IMG/VR virus record: IMGVR_UViG_3300032272_000003
Span: 64,001 to 128,000 of that record
Origin: a virus
Length of the DNA: 64,000 nucleotides
Reading direction: 5' to 3' (one strand)
The position numbers were made by a program, and so were the translations under genes. A model generated the notes under the pieces. The model searched no databases. It saw nothing but the letters and a program-made list of their open reading frames with translations, and was not told the origin of the DNA. This document shows, one piece after another, positions 53,978 through 62,144 of this stretch; position 1 is the stretch's first letter; each line of letters starts with the position of its first letter.

Positions 53978-55588
53978 TTAGAATACAAACGGCAGGGCGT
54001 CCAAGTCTTCACTGTCATCTTCGGTGGCCAGGGCCACGGCACCCATGTTGTTCATCTTCTCATCACAGTCATCATCGTACCGAGCCATCTCACTTAAACA
54101 GAGCGTGGTCAGTACGGCACCCATGGCCAGATCGTCCTTCTTACCAGACTCGGCGGCGAACGATGCACCTTTCTTAACGAAGAACTTCAGTTCACTCAGT
54201 AATGCACGGCTATGAATAGTCATAGCATGAGACTCAACCAAATCTTTCAACCTAGAACAGCCCTTCAGCTTGGTAGGGTTGGTCATCAATATACCCTTTT
54301 TCTTTCTCTGGGATACGAACTCAGCATCATCAAGGATCGGGTGATCAGAATTCTGCAATAGATGGATGACACCCATACCGATTGGGTTGGATTCGATTGT
54401 GTAGTAAATCTGTCGGCACTTCATCTTGTCAAGCAGTATCAGGACTTTGATGATCTTCTTGGCGAAGTCGGTAAGGTTCATGTTATTGTCACGGAACTCA
54501 CCCACCTGCTCGAATGTCTTCTTGTCGAATATCTGGATAACCGAGTAGTCACCACCGGCACCGATACCCTCTGCCACGTCAATACCCAGCACAAGCTCTC
54601 TACGAGCCACCACACCATAGAAGTCGATGTCGTCAATGACCTTGACCGGTTCGATCCATGGAAGCCTCTCAAGGCATGAGGATTGTATCAAGGTACCTTT
54701 ATCAGATACGAAGGCACACTCAAACTCCTGGGCATACTTGGTAGCGGTCATCTTCTGGAGCATCTTCTTTTTGAATGCCTCAGTTCTGCCTGGTACCTCA
54801 CCACTGAACACCTGGATAGGAGCAAAACCATTATCACCTCGCTCGGCACCGAACCATAGCTCAGCGAACAATCCTTCGGATGTATTAGGGGTGGATGTGA
54901 TGATTACTTTCTTACCATCTAGTTCACCACCAGATAATGATGGCAGGATAGAGGTCCAGAACTCTTCAGCGATACGTGGTTCAACGAACGCAAACTCATC
55001 CAGGTACAGACCTCCTGTGAGCGTGAACCCACGGAAGGTATCGTCTGTGGTCGTTGCAGATATTACTGTTGAGTGGTTATCGAACTCAACCTGATGCTTA
55101 TTGTACTCGATTACCGCTGGCTTGATCCATGATGGTAGGAATTCATAAGCATATTTGAATCGTTTAATAAGATCGATGGCATTCTTACCCTTATGTGCTG
55201 CCATACCGATTACCTTGTCTTGGAAGAAACACGTCATCCATAGATAGAAGGCAACGATTAGAGTTGACTTGCCAGACTGCCTGGGCTGAAGAAGGATTGA
55301 ATAGTCATTGGCCACCAGGCTCTTGATGATTTTCTTCTGGTATTTACGGAGTTTGAATAGGGCAGAGCCTTTGTCAGTTTGGATGTAAACGAAGTTCTCT
55401 ATGAAGTAAATAGGATTCTTAAAGCACTTGACGTACTCAACCTCCTGCCAATCTTCAAGGACATCACTCTCATGGGGCTTCTTAATAGATGCTCTCTTGG
55501 TTATGTTGCCTTTTGAGTCAGTACCCCTCGCCTCAATAAGGCGCGGTTTGTTCTTAGTTCTCACACGTTTGGTTGGTTCATCTGCCAT
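53978..55588 (-). CDS. gp17: Terminase large subunit
   Basis: NPIYFIENFV, PRQSGKST, YLDEFAF, ITSTPN, GIDVAEG and DDLAM motifs; likely start ATG 55588 (frame open to TTG 55723). Confidence 0.97.
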   Translation of the reverse strand: MADEPTKRVRTKNKPRLIEARGTDSKGNITKRASIKKPHESDVLEDWQEVEYVKCFKNPIYFIENFVYIQTDKGSALFKLRKYQKKIIKSLVANDYSILLQPRQSGKSTLIVAFYLWMTCFFQDKVIGMAAHKGKNAIDLIKRFKYAYEFLPSWIKPAVIEYNKHQVEFDNHSTVISATTTDDTFRGFTLTGGLYLDEFAFVEPRIAEEFWTSILPSLSGGELDGKKVIITSTPNTSEGLFAELWFGAERGDNGFAPIQVFSGEVPGRTEAFKKKMLQKMTATKYAQEFECAFVSDKGTLIQSSCLERLPWIEPVKVIDDIDFYGVVARRELVLGIDVAEGIGAGGDYSVIQIFDKKTFEQVGEFRDNNMNLTDFAKKIIKVLILLDKMKCRQIYYTIESNPIGMGVIHLLQNSDHPILDDAEFVSQRKKKGILMTNPTKLKGCSRLKDLVESHAMTIHSRALLSELKFFVKKGASFAAESGKKDDLAMGAVLTTLCLSEMARYDDDCDEKMNNMGAVALATEDDSEDLDALPFVF

Positions 55589-55608
55589 GGATTTTTTACC
55601 TATCATTT

Positions 55609-55616
55609 CATAAATA
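55609..55616 (+). promoter_or_regulatory. Late promoter CATAAATA antisense to the terminase leader
   Basis: Predicted +1 (55622) coincides with the 5' arm of a closed stem. Confidence 0.55.
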
Positions 55617-55621
55617 CTATT

Positions 55622-55699
55622 GAAGCGGGTGTATATAATGTCGCCTACGTTAGAAGTGTTTTTCATCCTCCTTTTTGATACTTCACACCCGCTCCTTTT
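55622..55699 (+). ncRNA. Candidate small RNA with anti-Shine-Dalgarno loop
   Basis: AGCGGGTGT/ACACCCGCT outer stem followed by TTTT; inner GAAGTGTT/GATACTTC stem; loop TTTCATCCTCCTTTTT. Confidence 0.45.
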
Positions 55700-55728
55700 A
55701 CTACTTCCTTTTACATACCTCAAACTTG

Positions 55729-55736
55729 TATTTATA
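55729..55736 (-). promoter_or_regulatory. Late promoter TATAAATA for terminase
   Basis: Exact consensus right after a terminator. Confidence 0.8.
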
Positions 55737-55742
55737 CATAAT

Positions 55743-55768
55743 AAAAAGCCCCGTATTACCGAGGCTTA
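55743..55768 (-). terminator. Rho-independent terminator
   Basis: AAGCCTCG-GTAATA-CGGGGCTT followed by TTT on the minus strand. Confidence 0.8.
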
Positions 55769-55792
55769 AAGTTCTTCTTATTGTCGTTTTTG

Positions 55793-56431
55793 TTATTCGG
55801 ATTTCAGAACCTTAATATAGTCTGAAAAAAGAGCCTCATGGACAGTTTTACATACTTTATCAAGCTCTGGCATAACATCTATGATACTAATGGGGATGAA
55901 ATGCTCACGAAGTAGTACCTTCTGTGAATAAATGAAGAGAAGGTTGTTTACGTTCTTGGCACCTGCTAACTCATCTAAATTTTCTTCGATAAGATCAGCT
56001 ATCGAACGACGTTTACGAACACCACTGACTGTGATACCTTCCTTATCATCGCCTGACTCGTTCACTGCTTTCTTACGTTTGGTTGGGGATTTCTTAGCAC
56101 CCTTACCCTTTGCAGTTGGTCTGGTGGCTGTTACATCGATTGGTTGGATAATCTCAATCTCAAGATCGTTAACAGGAGTGAACAGACGTTCATTCTCTAC
56201 TATAATCTCCAGACGAGAGTTATATTCACCAGGGCCGATCATCTCTTTGAGTACAGGAAGGTTGAAAACTGCTTCTGCATTGACGACAAGTGTTTCGAAT
56301 GTCAACTGGACACCCTCTTTCTCGATTACATACCGAGCCTTGATGTTTTTGGTTTCAATACCCTTAACATCAACACCAAATTCAATTGTGTTGACTTCTC
56401 TGTTGTCTAAAATTAGTCTTTCCGCTGCCAT
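55793..56431 (-). CDS. Hypothetical late protein (Ig-like N-terminus)
   Basis: Beta-rich N-terminus, basic linker; late promoter TATAAATA at 56502-56509. Confidence 0.75.
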   Translation of the reverse strand: MAAERLILDNREVNTIEFGVDVKGIETKNIKARYVIEKEGVQLTFETLVVNAEAVFNLPVLKEMIGPGEYNSRLEIIVENERLFTPVNDLEIEIIQPIDVTATRPTAKGKGAKKSPTKRKKAVNESGDDKEGITVSGVRKRRSIADLIEENLDELAGAKNVNNLLFIYSQKVLLREHFIPISIIDVMPELDKVCKTVHEALFSDYIKVLKSE

Positions 56432-56787
56432 ACTCTCACCGTTATTGATTTCAATATCTGCCTGATATGATGATACTTGACAGATATGCCGCTTGTTACT
56501 GTATTTATACCCTTCGTAACTTTAATGATTAGGCGTCCAATCTTGTCCTTAGCATCGTAGCTTCTCTTCCAGGTTCTACCCCTATAAGTGACGATGATGT
56601 CGAATGTCTTCTGATCCTTTGCAGGGGCAGGACCAGCACCACCACCGGTACCAAATGATATCTTGATTGGGCCTAGAGAGAAGTAACCAATAATCATACC
56701 AGAACTAACAAACGAGTTGGCGTATCCCTTACCTATTACTCTACCTCGGGTGACTATACCCTTTGCTATTCGTGGTAGTGCAGCCAT
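56413..56787 (-). CDS. Hypothetical basic late protein
   Basis: 124 aa with GTGGGAG linker, in a late operon. Confidence 0.7.
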   Translation of the reverse strand: MAALPRIAKGIVTRGRVIGKGYANSFVSSGMIIGYFSLGPIKISFGTGGGAGPAPAKDQKTFDIIVTYRGRTWKRSYDAKDKIGRLIIKVTKGINTVTSGISVKYHHIRQILKSITVRVWQRKD

Positions 56788-57317
56788 TACTGAGGCACAC
56801 GCTCGAAGATGTCAATGATTGACCTAACACCAGAATCATCATATAGATCGAATATCTTGAATGGAGTGGTACCATCATCTTCATATATGGTCAGGGTCTT
56901 ATTAATGGGGTTGACAAAGGTACGGTTACGGTCGTACTTTAGAATCTCGGTAACGATAGCCAGGGTTTCGCTGTTTAATGCCTGTTCAAACCCAGTGGTA
57001 CCGGCAGTCAAATGGTCCAGTTGATCTTCTTCCCACGTCTCAAAGGCAATATCCTCGACATACGATTCATTGAAGGCAACATGGTATTGTTGGTTCTGTG
57101 GAATACCGGCTCCAGCAGTAACAATGAACCCATAGTTAGTTCTGTTGTCATAAGTAGTGAATATATACTTGTAAATACCATCACCAACCTCTATCATATC
57201 ATCAGTGACAATGACGGAATCTGTGGTGGCACTGATTTCCCAAATCTTGATGGTAGGGGATAATCCGGGTGTGGGTACTCCTGTCCTCGTTATATATGCT
57301 GTTATGATTTTGGGCAT
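56787..57317 (-). CDS. Hypothetical virion-associated protein
   Basis: GLSPTI, MIEVGDGIYKY and LTIYEDDGTTP motifs; SD AAGGAG; late promoter 57339-57346. Confidence 0.75.
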   Translation of the reverse strand: MPKIITAYITRTGVPTPGLSPTIKIWEISATTDSVIVTDDMIEVGDGIYKYIFTTYDNRTNYGFIVTAGAGIPQNQQYHVAFNESYVEDIAFETWEEDQLDHLTAGTTGFEQALNSETLAIVTEILKYDRNRTFVNPINKTLTIYEDDGTTPFKIFDLYDDSGVRSIIDIFERVPQ

Positions 57318-57338
57318 GGGTGGTTCTCCTTGTGATAG

Positions 57339-57357
57339 TATTTATGAGTGATAAATA
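57339..57357. promoter_or_regulatory. Back-to-back late promoters
   Basis: CATAAATA (-, 57339-57346) and GATAAATA (+, 57350-57357). Confidence 0.7.
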
Positions 57358-57395
57358 TACAGACAAAGTTCAATTAAAAAGGTAAACGTTATAAT

Positions 57396-59936
57396 ATGTC
57401 AATTGTAAATACGAAGAAGTCCTATGATGGTGACATGTCGGACGTAACTAAGGAACCAACCGGGTTCCCAAATCGCACGGATTCAGTAATATCATTCGAT
57501 GAACTAACAAGAATTTTTACAATTGAACCTGTTGATGTATCATTCGACATATACACGAAGGGTAATCAATATACCATAACAGGTACTTCCCAAGTCACTA
57601 TCGATGATATAGAAGGTGATTATTTTATATATTTTGATGAGTTAGGAGAATTACAATTTGTAGCTGGATTTGATCCAAGAGTAATATCAGATTGGGTTTA
57701 TACATCAGTTATACACTGGGATGCAACCAATAAAAAAGCTATAATATTTGGAGAAGAGCGCCATGGTTTGACTATGGATGGAGCAACCCATAGCTATCTA
57801 CACACCGTTAAAGGATCACAATATATTTCCGGGTTTGCACTCGATAATATTCTACCAGGCGAAGCCGGGGATTTAGATATTCATGCCCAAATTAGTGTCA
57901 ATAACGGGCAGTTTAGGGATGAAGATATCCTCCATAATATCATCGATGATGCTCCCCAAAATTTGAGCCTACCAGCAACTATTCCAGTTATTTACCGAGA
58001 CGGCGTTGATGGATATTGGAGAATGAAAACTGCTGATTCATTCCCCATGATTTATTCAGGAACTGCTGGATATGTTGGTGCCAGTGGGAGATTACCATTC
58101 AATGAATTTACCGGCACCACATGGCAATTGACCGAAATTGGTAATGGGAAATTTGTTGTAATGCATATTTTAGCAACCAATGATACCAGATGGCCAATAA
58201 TGGCTATACAGGGGCAAAGTGAATATATAACATCATCTGAGGCTAAGGATGGAGTTGCTTCCGAATTACTAAATTTAGCCGGACTACCATTTCAAGAATT
58301 TGTTGCCCTTGGTTCTATTATTTTTACGTCCTCAAACAACATGACAAATACACCACAAGCCGCAGTCATTGCTACAGATGACGGTCAGCCATATTTCGAC
58401 TGGAGAGAAATTACTTCGTTCGCTGGTGGAGGTGTTGTACAGGATCATGGTTCTTTATCTGGTTTATTAGACGATGATCATCCACATTACCACACTGATG
58501 CTAGAGGTGATGCCAAGTATTCACAATTAGGTCACAATCATGTTGTCTCAGAAGTGTTGATAGGGGATTACGTTGGTGGTGGTACTCCATCTATCGATGT
58601 TGGCACATTAGGGAACGGTTATATAGATTCTGTTGGACTTATTGGTAATAATGGTTTTGGATTGGTAACACAGAATGGCGCGTTAACTATTGATATAGCC
58701 GCAGGTGCAATCAATATTAGAGCCACCGATGATGTCACATTACCGTTAGAGTATCTTGGATTTGCCGCAGTCACGAATTTGGACGTGTCTGTCTTTATCA
58801 ATGGGCCAGCTTTAGTATATCTTGACTACACCAATGGTGCATCTATTCAAGTATCAGCTACCCATCCAGACCCATCCGAAGTGAGACAAGATATCATTTT
58901 GTTGGCTGAAGTTCATTTGGGTGCCACTTCCATCAATGACATACATGACATAAGACAATTTGTAGGCAATCATGTGCAAGAGAATACCATATTACATAAG
59001 AACATTTTTGGCACATTAGTTGATGGACAGATCAGCAGTGAAACTGGTGTTAGAAATTTGGTAGTGGAATTTGGAGGATTCTATCGTTGGGGCAATAATA
59101 TTCAACAACAACAAACATTCGATTCATCGGGTACTGATACTTTCGTATATTGGTATAGAGATGGAGTGGGTGGGTGGACTACTCTCACTTCTGAAACACA
59201 GCTCAACAATACCCAATATGATGATGGTACTGGAACATTAAGCAATTTGAATAATAACAGATATAGGAAGGACTGGATTTTTAGGAGTCTGTCTGGACAG
59301 GTTAATGTGTTACTGGGACAAGTCCAGCATACATTATTATCTTCGGCAATCGATGAGCCAGTCCCAACATTACCAGATGGGTTAGGTGAGTCTGTACATA
59401 TATACCTACTATCCACTTATATTATTCAAGAAGGGACAAGTATAGGAATATTCACTGATCTTGCGAATAGGTTCAAAGGGGGTGGTGCTGGGTCAACAAC
59501 AGATCATGGAACCTTATCTGGATTGTCTGATGATGACCACCTACAATATCACGACGATACGAGAGGGGATGCAAGGTATTTCACCAAAGCAACCTATCAA
59601 CACGCAGCGTCAGAAGGACAATCATCAACAACAAATACAGTATTCCAACAAAAACTAAGAATGACTACTGGTACATTACCTTCGGGTGATTATAAGATAA
59701 GTTGGAATACAGTTGTAACTAGTACGGTTGGGGATACCGCAGAAATGCAAGTCCAAATAGATGATACTATTACAATAAACTTAAGTTCTACATCTGAGAC
59801 CGATGCTTCATCGATGTCTGGTTTTTATATTGCTACTGGGGTATCAGGTGTTCTCGATATCGACATAGATTACAGGGCAGTATCCGGCACAGCATACATA
59901 GAATATGCGAGATTGGAAATTACACGGGTGAACTGA
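57396..59936 (+). CDS. Large beta-rich virion/fibre-like protein
   Basis: 846 aa; two DHGxLSGLxDDDHxxYH repeats; late promoter. Confidence 0.7.
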   Translation: MSIVNTKKSYDGDMSDVTKEPTGFPNRTDSVISFDELTRIFTIEPVDVSFDIYTKGNQYTITGTSQVTIDDIEGDYFIYFDELGELQFVAGFDPRVISDWVYTSVIHWDATNKKAIIFGEERHGLTMDGATHSYLHTVKGSQYISGFALDNILPGEAGDLDIHAQISVNNGQFRDEDILHNIIDDAPQNLSLPATIPVIYRDGVDGYWRMKTADSFPMIYSGTAGYVGASGRLPFNEFTGTTWQLTEIGNGKFVVMHILATNDTRWPIMAIQGQSEYITSSEAKDGVASELLNLAGLPFQEFVALGSIIFTSSNNMTNTPQAAVIATDDGQPYFDWREITSFAGGGVVQDHGSLSGLLDDDHPHYHTDARGDAKYSQLGHNHVVSEVLIGDYVGGGTPSIDVGTLGNGYIDSVGLIGNNGFGLVTQNGALTIDIAAGAINIRATDDVTLPLEYLGFAAVTNLDVSVFINGPALVYLDYTNGASIQVSATHPDPSEVRQDIILLAEVHLGATSINDIHDIRQFVGNHVQENTILHKNIFGTLVDGQISSETGVRNLVVEFGGFYRWGNNIQQQQTFDSSGTDTFVYWYRDGVGGWTTLTSETQLNNTQYDDGTGTLSNLNNNRYRKDWIFRSLSGQVNVLLGQVQHTLLSSAIDEPVPTLPDGLGESVHIYLLSTYIIQEGTSIGIFTDLANRFKGGGAGSTTDHGTLSGLSDDDHLQYHDDTRGDARYFTKATYQHAASEGQSSTTNTVFQQKLRMTTGTLPSGDYKISWNTVVTSTVGDTAEMQVQIDDTITINLSSTSETDASSMSGFYIATGVSGVLDIDIDYRAVSGTAYIEYARLEITRVN

Positions 59937-60008
59937 TAAGTTATCAGTATGGATACCAGAATTCATCTTTATGTGGTTGTTCGGGACTTCGACTGTCTAA
60001 TAAATATT

Positions 60009-60380
60009 TTATAACATAATATCAATTAGTATGGTTTCTAAATCGAAGTCTTCATCACCGATCTCCCACTTATATAATACAGATTCTCCTTTAAAATTAC
60101 CACGACTGATGAAAAAGTCAGTACAGTGTATAGTGAAGATAATACCATCATGATCAACAATCACCCATTCGAATTCATCATACTCACCCTCAATGTTCAT
60201 ATCAGTCTCTTTGATCATATTCCACAGTACAACACGACGTAGGACTCTTAAGTATTTAAGCTCAACAGGTACCATTGGTGATGATGACACGTATTGCCCC
60301 GGTACACATCTCCATTTGGTCTTAATGAGGTTATCATACCGTGCAGGTAAGTCTTTTAGATTGTATTTTTGATATCTCAT
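60009..60380 (-). CDS. Small hypothetical protein
   Basis: Paralogue-like to 60377; ends LETILIDIML. Confidence 0.75.
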   Translation of the reverse strand: MRYQKYNLKDLPARYDNLIKTKWRCVPGQYVSSSPMVPVELKYLRVLRRVVLWNMIKETDMNIEGEYDEFEWVIVDHDGIIFTIHCTDFFISRGNFKGESVLYKWEIGDEDFDLETILIDIML

Positions 60381-60721
60381 AGGCTGACACTCATCAGGAA
60401 GGCTTCAATATCTACATTATTAGGTATTCCAGCCCGATCATGCTTATCATACCATCGCCATAGGTATTCTTTATCATTATAATGGAGTGCCAGGGCTGGT
60501 ATTGAAAAACACATATCACCCTGCTTGATTAAAATATATGTCTCATCGTGGTATTCACCCTCAACCATATGATATGCTACCACATTATGACGATTCATCG
60601 GGAATGATTTTATAGATTTGAAACGACCATAGTGGTGTAATCCAAAGAAGCCATAACCAGCCATTTTGAATTCTTGAACATGAAATAACAGCTCAGATGC
60701 TGGGAATTTGAGAAACTTCAT
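60377..60721 (-). CDS. Small hypothetical protein
   Basis: Likely start ATG 60721 (MKFLKF); ends IEAFLMSVSL. Confidence 0.7.
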   Translation of the reverse strand: MKFLKFPASELLFHVQEFKMAGYGFFGLHHYGRFKSIKSFPMNRHNVVAYHMVEGEYHDETYILIKQGDMCFSIPALALHYNDKEYLWRWYDKHDRAGIPNNVDIEAFLMSVSL

Positions 60722-60861
60722 CCAGCGACACCAAGAAACAGGGCTATCACGAACCATCCCTTTACCAACCCCACAACACATATGGCTAATGTGGCTACAA
60801 GTGCCACGATAAAAGGGCGTCCACTTTAATCTTCAAGACCTTCTTCATGATATCACTCCTG

Positions 60862-60869
60862 TATAAATA
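60862..60869 (+). promoter_or_regulatory. Late promoter TATAAATA, 5 nt before gp15 ATG (leaderless)
   Basis: TATAAATA-GATGT-ATG. Confidence 0.85.
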
Positions 60870-60874
60870 GATGT

Positions 60875-60903
60875 ATGGTACACTACTATAATGCTCAAGT
60901 CAA
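60875..60903 (-). promoter_or_regulatory. Sigma70-type promoter inside the gp15 start
   Basis: TTGACT-17-TACCAT, driving the 60848-60009 genes. Confidence 0.55.
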
Positions 60904-61630
60904 ACGGTACATCTCTCAGTTCCTTAGAATCTTCTCAGGTCTACAAGTTCAAACGGGTGTAGATAGAGATTCATCAGGTGACAACGACTATATCGATGTC
61001 CCGGTACATTATGGCTCAATGGACAGGGTGATTGCCAACGTGCTTCATAAGGAGGGTACCTTCGTACCTAATAAAGTCCCTGTCATCTCTGGGTATCTAA
61101 CAAGCATTGAACTGAACCCAGAGGCAAAGAAGGCAAAAACACACCAAGAACACATCGCCAGGCTGGAGACCGGTAATACCAAGCCATCAATCACTACTAG
61201 ATTGATGGGTGTGCCATATAAAGCACAGATACAACTCAGTATCTTTGCATCGAACACTGATCAGATGCTTCAGATGCTCGAACAGATTTTACTGATGTTC
61301 AATCCTTATCTGAACATTCAGAAGTCAGACAATATCGATGACTGGTCATACCTAACATCTGTCGAACTGATTTCAATGAACAATGAAGAGAACTACCCTG
61401 CCGATGTGAACGAACGTTTGCTCGTATGGTCGTTGGACTTCACATTTGACTGCTGGCTCAACTTCCCAGCCAAAGAACAAGAATCTATCATCGAGAATGT
61501 GTCGCTTCGAGTGCATGACGATACAATCCAAATCATTGGACTCGAAACTGCTGAAATCTCATCGCTGCCTAGCATGGCGAGTGGTGTGGCAATCAGTACA
61601 AGCGGCAGTGCCGATATGGATGTGACATAA
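60875..61630 (+). CDS. gp15: Tail sheath stabiliser / tail completion protein
   Basis: YYNAQVKRYI..F...FS, VPVHYG, VPY and QMLEQIL..FNP motifs. Confidence 0.92.
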   Translation: MVHYYNAQVKRYISQFLRIFSGLQVQTGVDRDSSGDNDYIDVPVHYGSMDRVIANVLHKEGTFVPNKVPVISGYLTSIELNPEAKKAKTHQEHIARLETGNTKPSITTRLMGVPYKAQIQLSIFASNTDQMLQMLEQILLMFNPYLNIQKSDNIDDWSYLTSVELISMNNEENYPADVNERLLVWSLDFTFDCWLNFPAKEQESIIENVSLRVHDDTIQIIGLETAEISSLPSMASGVAISTSGSADMDVT

Positions 61631-61631
61631 C

Positions 61632-62144
61632 ATGCCCCAAGTATCAGATATCAATAGAGCGTTATTACCCAAGAAGGTTGACTCCTTCTATGTGTCATTC
61701 TTTGGCTTACCAGAGAACACCGCCAACATCCTGGGCAGACAGGTCAAATCACTTGAGCGTCCTACCCTGACGTTCCCACCTGCTGCGATGTACAACAAGG
61801 GTAAGAGACAACAAGTAGTCGGTAACCTTGAGTTCGCCGACTTATCAATCGTCTTTGAAGACGATAACAATTCTTTAGTGATACAAGCACTATATTATCA
61901 ACTGTATCGTCAAGCGGGTCGTTTGCCAGGCCAACCAACCGGCAACGATGCCAAGTTTGAGATCGGATTGAAAGCCTACGGTGCCGGTGACAATGCAATC
62001 ATAGAAGAGTTCACCATGAAAGCGTGTTGGATCGCCAATATCACACACTCAGAGAACATCTATGCAGACAGCACAGCAAACCTTATCACTGTCACCATAG
62101 CATTCGATGATGTTGAGTACAAATTTATAGAGGAATGTCCGTGA
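61632..62144 (+). CDS. Tail tube-fold protein (gp3/gp19-like terminator)
   Basis: RPTLTF, LSIVFEDD, CWI and ITVTIAFD motifs; next to gp15. Confidence 0.7.
   Translation: MPQVSDINRALLPKKVDSFYVSFFGLPENTANILGRQVKSLERPTLTFPPAAMYNKGKRQQVVGNLEFADLSIVFEDDNNSLVIQALYYQLYRQAGRLPGQPTGNDAKFEIGLKAYGAGDNAIIEEFTMKACWIANITHSENIYADSTANLITVTIAFDDVEYKFIEECP

Noticed and set aside
53978-55588. Intein or intron in the terminase, portal or gp46
   Set aside because: Lengths and motif spacing are normal; no splicing motifs or interruptions seen
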